DNA of 64,000 nucleotides. It comes from Octopus bimaculoides. Its lineage: Eukaryota. A program made the translations under genes and the position numbers. The notes under the pieces were generated by a model that made no database searches, was not told where the DNA came from, and worked only from the letters and a program-made list of their open reading frames with translations. Shown here piece after piece: positions 39,328 through 51,949 of the stretch (positions are counted from its first letter, which is position 1; each line of letters opens with the position of its first letter). The DNA lies in contig NC_068986.1 in NCBI RefSeq assembly GCF_001194135.2, positions 7,606,219 to 7,670,218 on the forward strand. Reading direction: 5' to 3'.

Positions 39328-40557
39328 CTGGATCATCCCATACATAATGCGGAGGGGACGGGATAAACTACCTGCATCAGCTTACTATAAAAGCAGGTAG
39401 TAATTTTACCTTGTCCTTATTCTTAGTGCAAGTTTTCAAGAGTGCAGTTCGATTTTAACAGTTATTTTTTCAAAGCTGTAATGGAAGTGACAAAGGAACA
39501 TATTCGGTATGTTTTGTTTTATGAGTTCAATAAAAGCAACAACACAACAGAAAGTGTGAGTAATATTAATGCAGTATATGGGGATCGGACAATATGTGTA
39601 AGCCAATGTCAAAGGAGGTTCCAGAAATTACTGCCTAGAAGACGAGCCGGGTCCTGGAAGATCTGTAGAGTTCGACGAGGACGTCCTGCGAAATCTGGTG
39701 GAATATAATTCCATTGTAACTGTTGAGGAACTAGTAGAGAAGCTTGGATATGGTCATTCAACCATTCACTGACACCTACGTTCCATTGGAAAAGTCAGAA
39801 AATTGTGTCAACGAGTTCCAAACTTACCGAGTCTGACCATGCGCAGAGAGTGAATGTGTTCTCTTTTTGGCTGTCACGTCTCATGAATGAAACTTTTGAT
39901 CAAATAGTGATTGGTGATGAGTAATGGGTTCTCTATAAAAATGTCAAGTGCTGAAGACTGGGTAGGGAAAGGAGAAACACTGGCACCCGAGGCTAAAGAA
40001 GATGTTCACTCATGTAAAGTGTTGTTATATGTTTGGTACGATATGAAAGGTTTAGTCCACTTTGAACTTTTAAATCCAAACCAAACGATAAAAAAGATCT
40101 ACTGCGAGCAACTTGAGAGGCTTAAGTCAGCGCTAGAAGGAAAATGACCACCTTAGGTTTCAAGACGAAAGGCGTTATTCCATCAAGATAATGCTCGGCC
40201 ACATACAGCAAGGATGACATTCGAAAGGCTGGAGCAGTTTGATTAGGAAACGATGCTCCACCCACCATATTCGCCGGACATTGCCCTATCTGATTGTCAT
40301 TTATTCCGCAGTCTTAAAAATCATTTGGACGGAAAAAATATGAATTCTGTAGACGAGGTCAGAACAGTACTGGAGGAGAATTTTTCGTCACAGACAAGTG
40401 AATTTTGGAAGAGGGGCCTTGCAAGTCTACCAGATAGATGGAAGAGCATTGTAGAAAATGAAGGAGAGTATATTTTAGATTAAAAAAGAACTTTGTTTAT
40501 CTTAATTTTGAAAATAAAAGAAGTATAAAAACCCGTATTATTTGTGGGATGACCCAA
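39328..40557 (+). mobile_element. Full-length mariner (DD34D) DNA transposon, inactivated
   Basis: Imperfect TIRs ctggatcatcccatacataatgcgg and (reverse) ttgggtcatcccacaaataatacgg, TA on both flanks. Transposase pseudogene 39481-40483: MEVTKEHIRYVLFYEF, IVIGDE*WVLY, FHQDNARPHT...HPPYSPDIALSDCHLF (34-residue D-D spacing). Confidence 0.95.
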
Positions 40558-42830
40558 TATAGTGTTAAAACTGAGAAAGGTAAAAATGGATTTGCAATTT
40601 GGGGAAGATCTGTGTTAATATATATATTGACATACTGGTTTCCTTGCAAGCAACAGCTATTCATACGTCTCTTTATTTCGGATTACATGTTTGTGATTAT
40701 TTCTCCAGCGTTCAAAATGAGGTTATCAAATAATTCCCTACCTCCATGATAGAAAACGACTGAAATTTATACGTTTTATTATCTTTTGTTGTTCTGCACG
40801 TCGTAAACATAAGGAACAGTGAAAGCAAACGTCACCTGCCAAGAATATGTGCAATAGTATGTTGTCAGTATATGTAATGAAATGCTTTAGTGACCTCAAA
40901 TAGGAGACCAAATTATATTTATCGGTGGGGATTTGCTTAAACATTAAAATTCAGTACTGCGGTGAGATAAAGGGCACCATTACATTTATCATTGCTTGTT
41001 AATCACTAAATCAGTACACAGAAAATAAAAGTAGGACCTGCACTTTCTCCTTCTTCTTCTTCATAGTTTTGCCTCGGGGAAAATAGCGACATATTGGAAG
41101 TCTTATAAAACACACAATTTTACTCCGAATTAAGTATAAGGACTGAATCTCGTAAGAAGTAAGTCAGAGCCACCTTAATAACTTAATAATTAATCTTGAT
41201 CTTAGAAATAATATTTAACGCCAGCTAATAAATAGAATTCAAATAACTTACAAGTCTTTGCTGTATCACCTTGACTACGCTTAAATTCGATCACTATGCA
41301 AAATTCAGTTGTCGATAGAATCTAAAAAGGCCTTTAGAATTACCCAGGGAAATTTTCTTTAAGATCTATTGAAACTTGTCACTTTCATGTACCTAACATC
41401 GACATCTAAAGCTGTAATGCTATTTGTTTTATTTTATGACGCATATGTTGATGTGAGCTGGTGAACTAATTACAACTCTTTACATTTCCAATTTGAACTT
41501 CGTTCATATTTTATGAAATTGCATTCTTTAGAGTGAAGAGAATTTATTGAGGAATATTTCTTATAAAGAAATATTAATTTCTTAATGTTTTATCGCTTAC
41601 GTAGAATATAAAATTCATATGATAGCAGCATGGATATTATTCTCCGAAGTCTGCTATATTTAATATATAATCTAATAACTATTATTTTGTATATTATGCT
41701 GTTTATTACTCCGTAAAATCTAACCAAACGGAACAATTTGCGACATTTACATTCCATAGTCACTAAGTAAGTCTATGTTGTAATTGCTTCTGTTGTTTAA
41801 ACGGTGACCGTCCTTGGTCAGGCTATGGTCAAATGCATTCTAGCCTAATTCTACTGATATTTTTTCGGCATAATACGTCTTGGAACACATTATTCATTTA
41901 TTCTTTCTCTTTCATAGGACGATTACCTTATGTCACATGTCACACGCAATGTTTATACTGAGAGGTTATGTAGATTACCGAAAGAGTAATGTCTTGCAGA
42001 TAATATTACGTTAAATACTGTACTGAGATCTATGAATTGACTGTAAGTTTCCTATCTCACTGCTCAAACTTGCATTTGATCCAATTTGCAGTACATCAAG
42101 GACCGGTTATATTTCAGACTCTTTATCGCTTTTACTTATTTTCCTCTACTACCAACCATAAATTTCCCTTAACCTTTCACACGTAATTATAATTCACAGA
42201 CAGAATAAACTGATGTACACTTCCCTTAAAAAGAGAAACGCTAAGGGGTCCTTGAAAGGTTGAGATAATAACGTATCTGTTATTAATAGGGACAATATAA
42301 AATAATTACAATACGATAAAATTGTGCTACAAGAAAATTATTCTACTTCAGTCTCTTTACGAAGTTCACTTATGACTTCAACTAGAGCAATACACAGAAG
42401 CATGCAGTCATAATGGCAATTATGCAAACAAAGCATAATAGACTTCATTTAAAAAAAAAAAATTTCAGGTCCAATTTTTGCGATTCTTGTTATATTTTAT
42501 CAAATTTAATTAAATCTAAAGCTGAGCATTGAAAAAAAAAACAAAAAAACATATCGCCTACCAATGGAACCAACAGAAATAAAGATATTAATATATGTTT
42601 GATATATATGTTAACTGAGGAATTTCACCCGAAGACTATTCCTGAGTATATCGCTCGGAGTAGCACCGTCTCAGTAACAAGCCGTATAAAAAAAGTGTGA
42701 CGCATAAAGACACGTTTGAAAAGTTTAGTGCTACAGAATATGATCTGATCTGATACGATATGCCGAGTGAAGAAAATCGTTATATCAATCTTTCTTGTAT
42801 AACAAAAGCATAATGTCGGATTAAAGCACT

Positions 42831-42867
<37 letters not shown>

Positions 42868-43148
42868 CCCAAACGAACTGCCAGAAACCACAAACCTGGT
42901 TTTATATAACTTTTCCTTTTCTTAGGTGAGTTGCCCTCACCATGGCTAAAGAGCCCCATCTGCCCCGTACATAAATATAAAGAAACAAAAATGTGCACAT
43001 TTATGAGATTTAAGAATATAAACAAGATGTATAAAAACAATATATACATAAGTCCACACATTTTTCTTGTATGATCTTTGACTCCAGCATCGGGACCAAC
43101 TTCAAATATGAAAGCATACTGGCAAAACGCTGCTCTTCTAAATGTGTG

Positions 43149-43198
<50 letters not shown>

Positions 43199-43570
43199 TT
43201 TGTGTGTGTGTGTGTGTATGTGTGTGTGTGCGTGTGTGTGTGTGTGTGTGTGTACTGTAGAAAGATTCCGACCACTTCCAAGTGACTAAAAGTGGACTAA
43301 CACATTGCTCTAACATGAAGAACTGTGAGCAATTGGGGTAAGCAGTTCATTGTGAGCTGTTGGTAGAGAGTGTTTAACCTCGTGTGACTGTAATAGTAAT
43401 GCGTCGTATATATGCTTCTTACCCCTATTTCGTTAAATTATTTATCCGATACCAGAATATAAAAGTGGTGACAATATGTTCGAAACTTGCGTTGGACGTT
43501 TAGAATGTGTTTTTTTTTTGTACGAAACCAAAGAGAAAATCTTTTTAACATGTAAGACCTATTAGCCTCC

Positions 43571-44184
43571 GTGGTGCAATTTCAACAACAGCTGCTGCAA
43601 CAGCAACTACAACAGAAACGAAAACAAAACCGACAGTTGGTGGAAATAGACAAAGCAAAATCCCAACAATGGCTGAGAAGCTCAGGAATCAAAGCAGAGA
43701 GTGAAGGATTTTTAATTGCAACACAAGATCAAAGCCTCCCCACTAGAAATTACCAAAAACATTTGATGAAAAGAAGCATAACAAGTAACTGCAGAATATG
43801 TGCAGATGGATAAGAAACAATAAATCATATTGTCTCTGGCTGCCCAGTCCTGGCTAAGGAGGAATATATTCACAGAATATTCAACTATATACACTGGAAG
43901 CTATGCTAATACTATGGAATAACAACAGAAACAAGATGGTGTAGGCACAAGCCAGACAAGGTCCCAGAAAATGAGAAAGCAACCATACGGTGGGATATGC
44001 CAATACTCACAGATGGGGAAATTAAGGCCAATAGACCGTATATAGTTGTCAGAGATCATCAGGAAAAAATACTTTCTAATTGATGTATCAATGCCAACAG
44101 ATGACAACGTTTCTCTAAAAGAAATGGAGAACCTATCAAAATACAATGACCCTGAAATAGAGATAACTCGAATGTGGAGTCTGC
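43571..44184 (+). mobile_element. R4/Dong-like LINE 3' fragment (CCHC finger and REL)
   Basis: QWLRSSGIKAESEGFLIATQDQSLPTRNY, CRICADG*ETINHIVSGC (CX2CX8HX4C), RPYIVV...FLIDVSMPTDDNVSLKE. Confidence 0.85.
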
Positions 44185-44680
44185 ATGATAAATGGTACAG
44201 GCATCATCCAGAGGATGTAGTAAATGGCGACCAGACATTGTGATCAAGGACTACAACAGAGGAACTTGTCTGTTGATAGGTATGTCTGTCACACAACAAC
44301 AAAATGTCTCAAGAAAGGATTACAAAAGCTTTCTCACTATAAATATCTGCAAACTGAAACCACAAAAATATGGAAGCTTAGTACTCCTTAATACCAGTAG
44401 TAATTGGTGCGTTGGGAATGATAAAGAAGGAAGCTGAGGAGTATATTAAGCAACTCCTTGGTAACTCTCATCTCCGTGAACTACAAAAGATAACCTTGAT
44501 GGGTACAGCCCGTATACTACGGAAAACGCCTTCCATCTAAAATGGAATAAATGTGTTGATAATTTTAGCATTCATAACAAAACAAAAGTGCCCTTGCTAC
44601 TCTTGGCCTTTGGAGGATGCCCGGTACCAAGGCAGCTGAAATAAAGTCATAATGAAAGGAAACCATAAATAATGATGATA
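44185..44680 (+). mobile_element. Second R4-like REL/3' end fragment fused directly to the preceding one
   Basis: Restarts at HDKWYRHHPE, RPDIVIKDY..CLLIGMSV, then a PVVIGALG-like segment and ELQKITLMGTARILRKTPSI*; ends in aataatgatgataat. Confidence 0.7.
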
Positions 44681-44973
44681 ATGCCCTGATGCAGTACCAG
44701 GCAGTGGATCTGGTGGCTTTTCATCTTAGCTGATTGGAACTGTTATCATGTATATATTTTGTTTTGGTATAAAAGATGGGCTACAACAAATATTCTGCTC
44801 AATACCACAGATTTGCTTGTCAGTTGTATGACCTTAACCAGATGAGCATGTCCCTTGGTGGCTGACGATATGTGCATCTCTGATCACACGCAGAATTAGT
44901 GGGGGAGCATTATAGTCATGTGTTGTGAGGATTTCTTTGGAGTTTGAATAATTCACCTTTGGAAACATGGGTT
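44681..44973. mobile_element. Probable non-autonomous interspersed repeat (family unassigned)
   Basis: GC-richer block resembling a repeat I recall from octopus sequence; single copy in this window, so not verifiable here. Confidence 0.3.
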
Positions 44974-46339
44974 CAGTTTGGCTGTATAGGCTTATTTAGA
45001 AATAGTCCCTATATATTTCTCACATTTGGAAGTTAGATTAATAATTCATTCTTTTTCAGAAAAAAATTGTTTCAAGTGAGCGAAGTAATATACTGAGAAG
45101 TCAAAAGAGAAAATTCGACATTTTATTTTTTGACAATATTGTCGTCTTGGGTGTTAGGGTTGATTGCATTTAAAATACATTTGTCTGGAATTTGATAATA
45201 TTTATAACAAAGTATAAGACAAACAGATCTATCTCTGATATGTGCGATAAAAATCTAAATTACTGTCAATATTTTAGATTGAATGTACGGACCAGTAACA
45301 TCTGGAGAAGTTGTAGCGATATTGTCATCAGTATTGAAAGTTCCCGTAGTTCATCAGAGAATTTAATGAATTTTAAAATAAATATATATGAAAACCATCT
45401 TCACTTGAGTTCTCCCGTCTACCTGCACGACTAAGATACAATTCCATCAATTCTAGACATCACCAGACATATATTTTGTAATTTAGTAAACGTTATTACA
45501 TTCATTTAAGAACTCTGATTATTTTTCGTTTGTTCTAAAGTCTATGATTTTGAAAGGTAAATTTTCTTGTTCGTGACAAACTTTCAATCGACTTGGTATC
45601 CTACATCTACGCCAAGGCAGACTCCATTATATGAAATGCTATATTAATTTTCAACTCACAGAAATATGAAGTATTTCCAATATAGACAAGGATGTATCTC
45701 AATATATATATTTTCGCTTGTGTTGTCGGTCAAGTTCTTCAATAATATTGAGATTCTTAAAAAGTTAATTCCTGCGAATATAAAGATTAATATATAAACT
45801 GTCAATACTGAAAGCAATTACTGTAATTTCCAAACTGCTCTAAAAACATTTATTGCTTATGTAAAGGACGACAAATGCCAGGAACTCTACCGTATTCAAA
45901 TCAATGTGCACGCTCACAATGTAACTCATTACTCATTTAACGCCGAAGAATTTGTAGCAAAAATACGAAGTCGTGTATTTCGTTATATAAATTTTAAGTA
46001 AAGAATGGAAAACTTATAAAAAGTTTCCTCAAACATCTGTCTCGAGTGTTGCAAAATATTGATGGTACAGTGTTTTCTTAAACAAAGAGCAAGACAAGAA
46101 TATATTATTGATGGGTCTTTACACATATATACTGATTTCCCAATTTTCGCCATAGTGAAATGATGGAAAGGTAACTTTAGATATTGATGAAAAAAATCTG
46201 ACTCAATGTTTGGAGTTCCCATAATGAAATGACGTCAGTGTATGTCAAAATGCTCAAAACATTAGGTACATGAAGAAATATCACCACCAGACTGTTTCGC
46301 TCAACAATCTATATGTTTATATAGATGTATATATGTGTA

Positions 46340-46375
<36 letters not shown>

Positions 46376-49265
46376 GGCGCGTGTGAATGTGTGTATGTAT
46401 ATATATGCGTTTGTGTGGAAGTAGAATCATGACCAAGTAAGACCATTTCTCAAACTTAGCCCATGGAAAGGTTCCGAGACTCAAAAACGTTCCAGTACGC
46501 GAATTTGGTTTGAGTAGGTAAATTATTGTACAGCACTGAACTAGCTTTTCAACTCAATCAGTTATAAAACAAATGGGGCACAGCAGAGGTCGAGACGACC
46601 AAAAACCCAATGAACTTCCGAGTTTACCTTCTAAAAGTAAGTTCTAAGAAGAAATAGGGTTTCTTCACTCCCGGTCTTTCACACGCTAGTTAATCTATAG
46701 CTGCTACTCGAGATCAGAGTAGACCTGAGAACATTACTCAGGTGGTTTCAAACTTCTCAATACCCAAGGATTCCCGTGACAGGGCCCCAATATCGGATGC
46801 AGTTTAGAGTCAAACTGAAGACCACTATATACACGTATAGATATATAAAAGAGTGGTAAGAAATGAGATTTAAAAAAATGGAACAATATTCTGAGTAAGC
46901 TGCTCATTCGGAGTCAGCTGTCACAGTAATATAACGACCGTGTGGTGCAACAACGTAATACGTCTATGGAACTGGAAGTCTAGGAAATTCGAACTTGAAA
47001 TTTCTTTTTCGTAAGGAGCAAATAAATCAGGAATATGGATTTAATTTGTCTATGAGATTTTCATGAGACTACAGCCGTTTTGTAACCTCTCTCATAGAGT
47101 ATTATTAAATAAATGGTAGTAGACAGATATAACCAGTAAACTACACATCAGATCATTTCGTGGCAAGTTAAAATGCCAGACTCTGGCAAATAGTTACATT
47201 ATATGATCACAGACAATAAATGTTGATAGCAGAGTCAGTTGTTTATCACAGAAACAAACGCACAGATAATCTCTCATCTTCCTAGGGTGAACAAAAATCA
47301 TCTTTTAGTAATATACTTGCGTTGATATAAAAATCTGAAACGTTTGGTTTTGTGTCAATATTACCTTCTAAAAATTTGACCGTTATTAAATTTGTGGACC
47401 GTAACATATAGAAATATCTAAATATCAGCAACTGTGAGCTCTAATCCATTCCTTTTATCTACTGAGTCTGTAATCTTCATAAACGGAATCACTGAACAGT
47501 TCTAACTTTAAAATATCCAGATTAATTAAAGTATTATTATTTTTTCCATTTACTTCATTTTTTTTTTATTCATTGTAATGTATTAACAGTTTTTGTGGCT
47601 TTATTATTCTGATACCATTTCATTCGCTTCATATCTATTTGTTTTGTCTTGTAATCAGTTATATCACATTCAATCAATTGATGTTACTTTTCTTGAAAAT
47701 TGCTTTGCAATATTTCAGCTGTTTACATAATTTAATGAAAACTTCATAGCAAATCATGTTTTTGAGTATGACGAGCGATTGTAAATGAGACTTTTTTTTT
47801 TATTTCTGAAAAAATAAATCACTTCAAATATCTAAATACACAAATCCAACAGGGAACAACACATTTATTTTTGAAAACATGTTTCTGGAAACTCATTTCA
47901 TATGAGTTTGATAGCCTTTAATTTCTACAAAAGTATTGCCACAACAACTTGTTGGAAGCCCACAGAAATGATAACATATTCAAAAATATTTGCAATGTTG
48001 TTCAACAACTTATGGTTACTTTCGAGCTCAAATTTGTGGAACTTTGGGATATTGAGTCTTCGTTAACTGAAAATTGAATCAAGTTTTAAATAAAGCCTAT
48101 CACTATCGCATCTCAATCTCCGACTTCAACTGTAATAAGTGATCTAGAAATACCATGTTTATGCTATTCATATCAGGTATAATCACTTAGAATGTATCTA
48201 TGGACTTCACGATGGTAGTGGTAAAGGAAAAAAAAAACAAACCGACAAGCTCAGACTGATCTGTGGTATTTTTCTGAATAAGAAACACGAAAAATGAATG
48301 TTACATAACATACAAAATTGTTGATTAATTGAAATCATCTTAGTTTTCAGGGTGAGTTCCCGATCCATCAATGAGAAATAATTAGTATCAAACTCAAATG
48401 AAAACGAAAGATAGTCTCTATGATAAGATTCTCCAAAACAGTCATTATGAAAAAAAAAAACCCAGTCTGAACGGCTGTAGAGAAGAGGGCAGATATAGGC
48501 ACTTCTTTGTATGTTCTCAAAAGCATTCTTGAGAACATACTCTTCGTGGTTAGGTGATTTGGCATCTATTTCTAGCATATAGGAGTCCACTTTTGGTGGT
48601 AATTCCTCTTAATTTTGTATGTAATATAATTTTAATCTTCGGATTTTTTAAATATGCTAGGCCACTGGTTTTAATTGATTAATATCAATTTCTACCCTCA
48701 TTATTAAATTTATATATANNNNNNNNNNNNNNNNNNNNNNNNNNNNNNNNNNNNNNNNNNNNNNNNNNNNNNNNNNNNNNNNNNNNNNNNNNNNNNNNNN
48801 NNNNNNNNNNNNNNNNNNNNNNNNNNNNNNNNNNNNNNNNNNNNNNNNNNNNNNNNNNNNNNNNNNNNNNNNNNNNNNNNNNNNNNNNNNNNNNNNNNNN
48901 NNNNNNNNNNNNNNNNNNNNNNNNNNNNNNNNNNNNNNNNNNNNNNNNNNNNNNNNNNNNNNNNNNNNNNNNNNNNNNNNNNNNNNNNNNNNNNNNNNNN
49001 NNNNNNNNNNNNNNNNNNNNNNNNNNNNNNNNNNNNNNNNNNNNNNNNNNNNNNNNNNNNNNNNNNNNNNNNNNNNNNNNNNNNNNNNNNNNNNNNNNNN
49101 NNNNNNNNNNNNNNNNNNNNNNNNNNNNNNNNNNNNNNNNNNNNNNNNNNNNNNNNNNNNNNNNNNNNNNNNNNNNNNNNNNNNNNNNNNNNNNNNNNNN
49201 NNNNNNNNNNNNNNNNNNNNNNNNNNNNNNNNNNNNNNNNNNNNNNNNNNNNNNNNNNNNNNNNN

Positions 49266-49298
<33 letters not shown>

Positions 49299-51093
49299 CG
49301 CTCAACATTTATGGAATTAAATTAATATATTTGTAATATACGCAATGTAAATATAAGATAAATAAAAATTCTATACAGAGAAAGACTCGATGCATTTTGT
49401 AATTCATTTTTCTACGGAAATTTAAGAACGGACGCAAATACAATCTTAGTAAGTGGAGGTGGTTATAATCGACAAATATCGGCAACAAGAACGAGTATGA
49501 TTTTGATAAGAGTTAATTTTCCATTTACCTGCTGTTGAAGTACGTATGTGGCACGACTTATGCATGAAGAATGCAGTTTCTTCAGTATTCCATTGAGAAA
49601 GTTTTAATACTACTTAAAGTAATCCCCTCACAAATCCACAGTAATATAATGTAATGATTCTGTAAAATAATTTTAATAAAAATTATTGGTTTTACATTAT
49701 AAAAACAGCAGACATCGATAATGGTGAGACTGACAGACGTTACTCTTTCCCCAAGATATATAAAGAATTATCATATTTACTTCCTTGCCATAGAGGAATT
49801 CTAAAACAGTCATGAGATGTACGGATCACCTCTAGAATAAGTAGATAAATAGCTTTCCCAGTAAAAGAATTTTCTAGTCAATATTAAGTGCATAATATAA
49901 ATGGACTGGACGAACGCTAAAGCAAGAGATGCAACACAATCTAAAAATAATCGTTCTTCTCAACATAACGTGACAAATTTACTATTGTTTGCATCCATTT
50001 TCCTGGTAATACGTAAGGCGTAGATGATTATGTGTAGTATATGCGTCTATGTATTAATGCATATTAGACAAGATAGCAACTTTAGAATATATTGGGAACT
50101 TTAAATCTTACGTTTAGGGTATTTATACTTTTATTCAGGGTGTCAGAACTTCTGTGAATCTTTCCCGATTTAAAGTAAAATCATGATTACAGCATTTTCT
50201 TTTCTTTTCATAGCAAAACGAAAGCACTACATAAACTCGTTGCTAAACATGATACTGACTCATACATACACATTTATACATATACATACGCACACATACG
50301 TATATATATATATATATATATNNNNNNNNNNNNNNNNNNNNNNNNNNNNNNNNNNNNNNNNNNNNNNNNNNNNNNNNNNNNNNNNNNNNNNNNNNNNNNN
50401 NNNNNNNNNNNNNNNNNNNNNNNNNNNNNNNNNNNNNNNNNNNNNNNNNNNNNNNNNNNNNNNNNNNNNNNNNNNNNNNNNNNNNNNNNNNNNNNNNNNN
50501 NNNNNNNNNNNNNNNNNNNNNNNNNNNNNNNNNNNNNNNNNNNNNNNNNNNNNNNNNNNNNNNNNNNNNNNNNNNNNNNNNNNNNNNNNNNNNNNNNNNN
50601 NNNNNNNNNNNNNNNNNNNNNNNNNNNNNNNNNNNNNNNNNNNNNNNNNNNNNNNNNNNNNNNNNNNNNNNNNNNNNNNNNNNNNNNNNNNNNNNNNNNN
50701 NNNNNNNNNNNNNNNNNNNNNNNNNNNNNNNNNNNNNNNNNNNNNNNNNNNNNNNNNNNNNNNNNNNNNNNNNNNNNNNNNNNNNNNNNNNNNNNNNNNN
50801 NNNNNNNNNNNNNNNNNNNNNNNNNNNNNNNNNNNNNNNNNNNNNNNNNNNNNNNNNNNNNNNNNNNNNNNNNNNNNNNNNNNNNNNNNNNNNNNNNNNN
50901 NNNNNNNNNNNNNNNNNNNNNNNNNNNNNNNNNNNNNNNNNNNNNNNNNNNNNNNNNNNNNNNNNNNNNNNNNNNNNNNNNNNNNNNNNNNNNNNNNNNN
51001 NNNNNNNNNNNNNNNNNNNNNNNNNNNNNNNNNNNNNNNNNNNNNNNNNNNNNNNNNNNNNNNNNNNNNNNNNNNNNNNNNNNNNNNNNNNNN

Positions 51094-51520
51094 GAATTTT
51101 AAGGCTTATAAATCTATTATTTTTCTATCCTTCCTCAATACCAGTTCCCATATGCTATTCATATCTGCACTCGGTCTGCTTAGGAGGTTGTTGTGTCCTA
51201 GCATATGTGCTGCTTCTTTTAGTTTTCGTATTTTCCAGTGTTGTTCCCTGTCTATTATTTTAACTTCATCCCACAGGGGGAGGTGGTTTCCATTTTTCCA
51301 TACATGATCAGCTATACCCGATTTATCAATATCTCCTCGTGTCACAGCTTTGCGATGTTCTTCTACCCTTATTTTGAGGGGGCGACATGTTTCGCCTTTG
51401 TATAACCTATCACAGCTGCATGGGATGGAGTACACGCAGGTTTTGGTCATATTCTCTTCGGTTGGTGGTTTTACCCGAAGGAGATATTTGCGAAGTGTTG
51501 TATTGCTCTTGGTAAGGTAA
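51094..51520 (-). mobile_element. Penelope-like GIY-YIG endonuclease domain, open frame
   Basis: ORF 51106..51531: SNTTLRKYLLRVKP...CVYSIPCSCDRLYKGETCRPLKIRVEEH...SGIADHVWKNGNH..WDEVKIIDREQHWKIRKLKEA; borders an N-gap. Confidence 0.9.
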
Positions 51521-51949
51521 GGTTTCAGCATTATTATAACCCCTTCCTTAAATCCCTAATTGACTATATGACCAACATTAAACAATCATCCAACCTACAC
51601 CCTCGCAGACAAAAAGAACATTTACGAAATAAACACTTCCACACACTCAACACCTCTTACAAGCGCCATCACCAAAATATACAAGAAAACTTGCATTTCC
51701 ACATAACTTGCAATGAAATAAACACAAAAGCAAAGGGGCTAGCCTCTCTCCTTGATATAGAGGATAGTGTGGACTGCCTCTCCACGTGACCCCCACGCCA
51801 TATTACACGTAGGGACCATACTCCAACTTCCTCTCCAATCCGAAATGCAGGCTGATGAACCCCTTTAAAAGTGAGATAGGTATATTAGCAATCGTATTCT
51901 CGATACTATCATCTCCGATATTAGAAGGGCTACAGAAGGTAGACCTGAA

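Noticed and set aside
685-43316. Homopolymeric or dipeptide ORFs (poly-M/I/H/L/R, CV, HT, MYVC)
   Set aside because: Translations of microsatellites.
47910-48065. Minus frame LNIPKFHKFELESNHKLL reminiscent of the serpin LPKF strand
   Set aside because: Bounded by stops, with no usable splice site in that frame and no other serpin exons.
48207-48590. 127-aa minus ORF
   Set aside because: No recognisable motif; several open frames near 100 codons are expected by chance in 64 kb.
51845-51900. CTGATGA hammerhead-like core
   Set aside because: No proper GAAA or stem II/III, no stem I, and opposite in orientation to the neighbouring PLEs.
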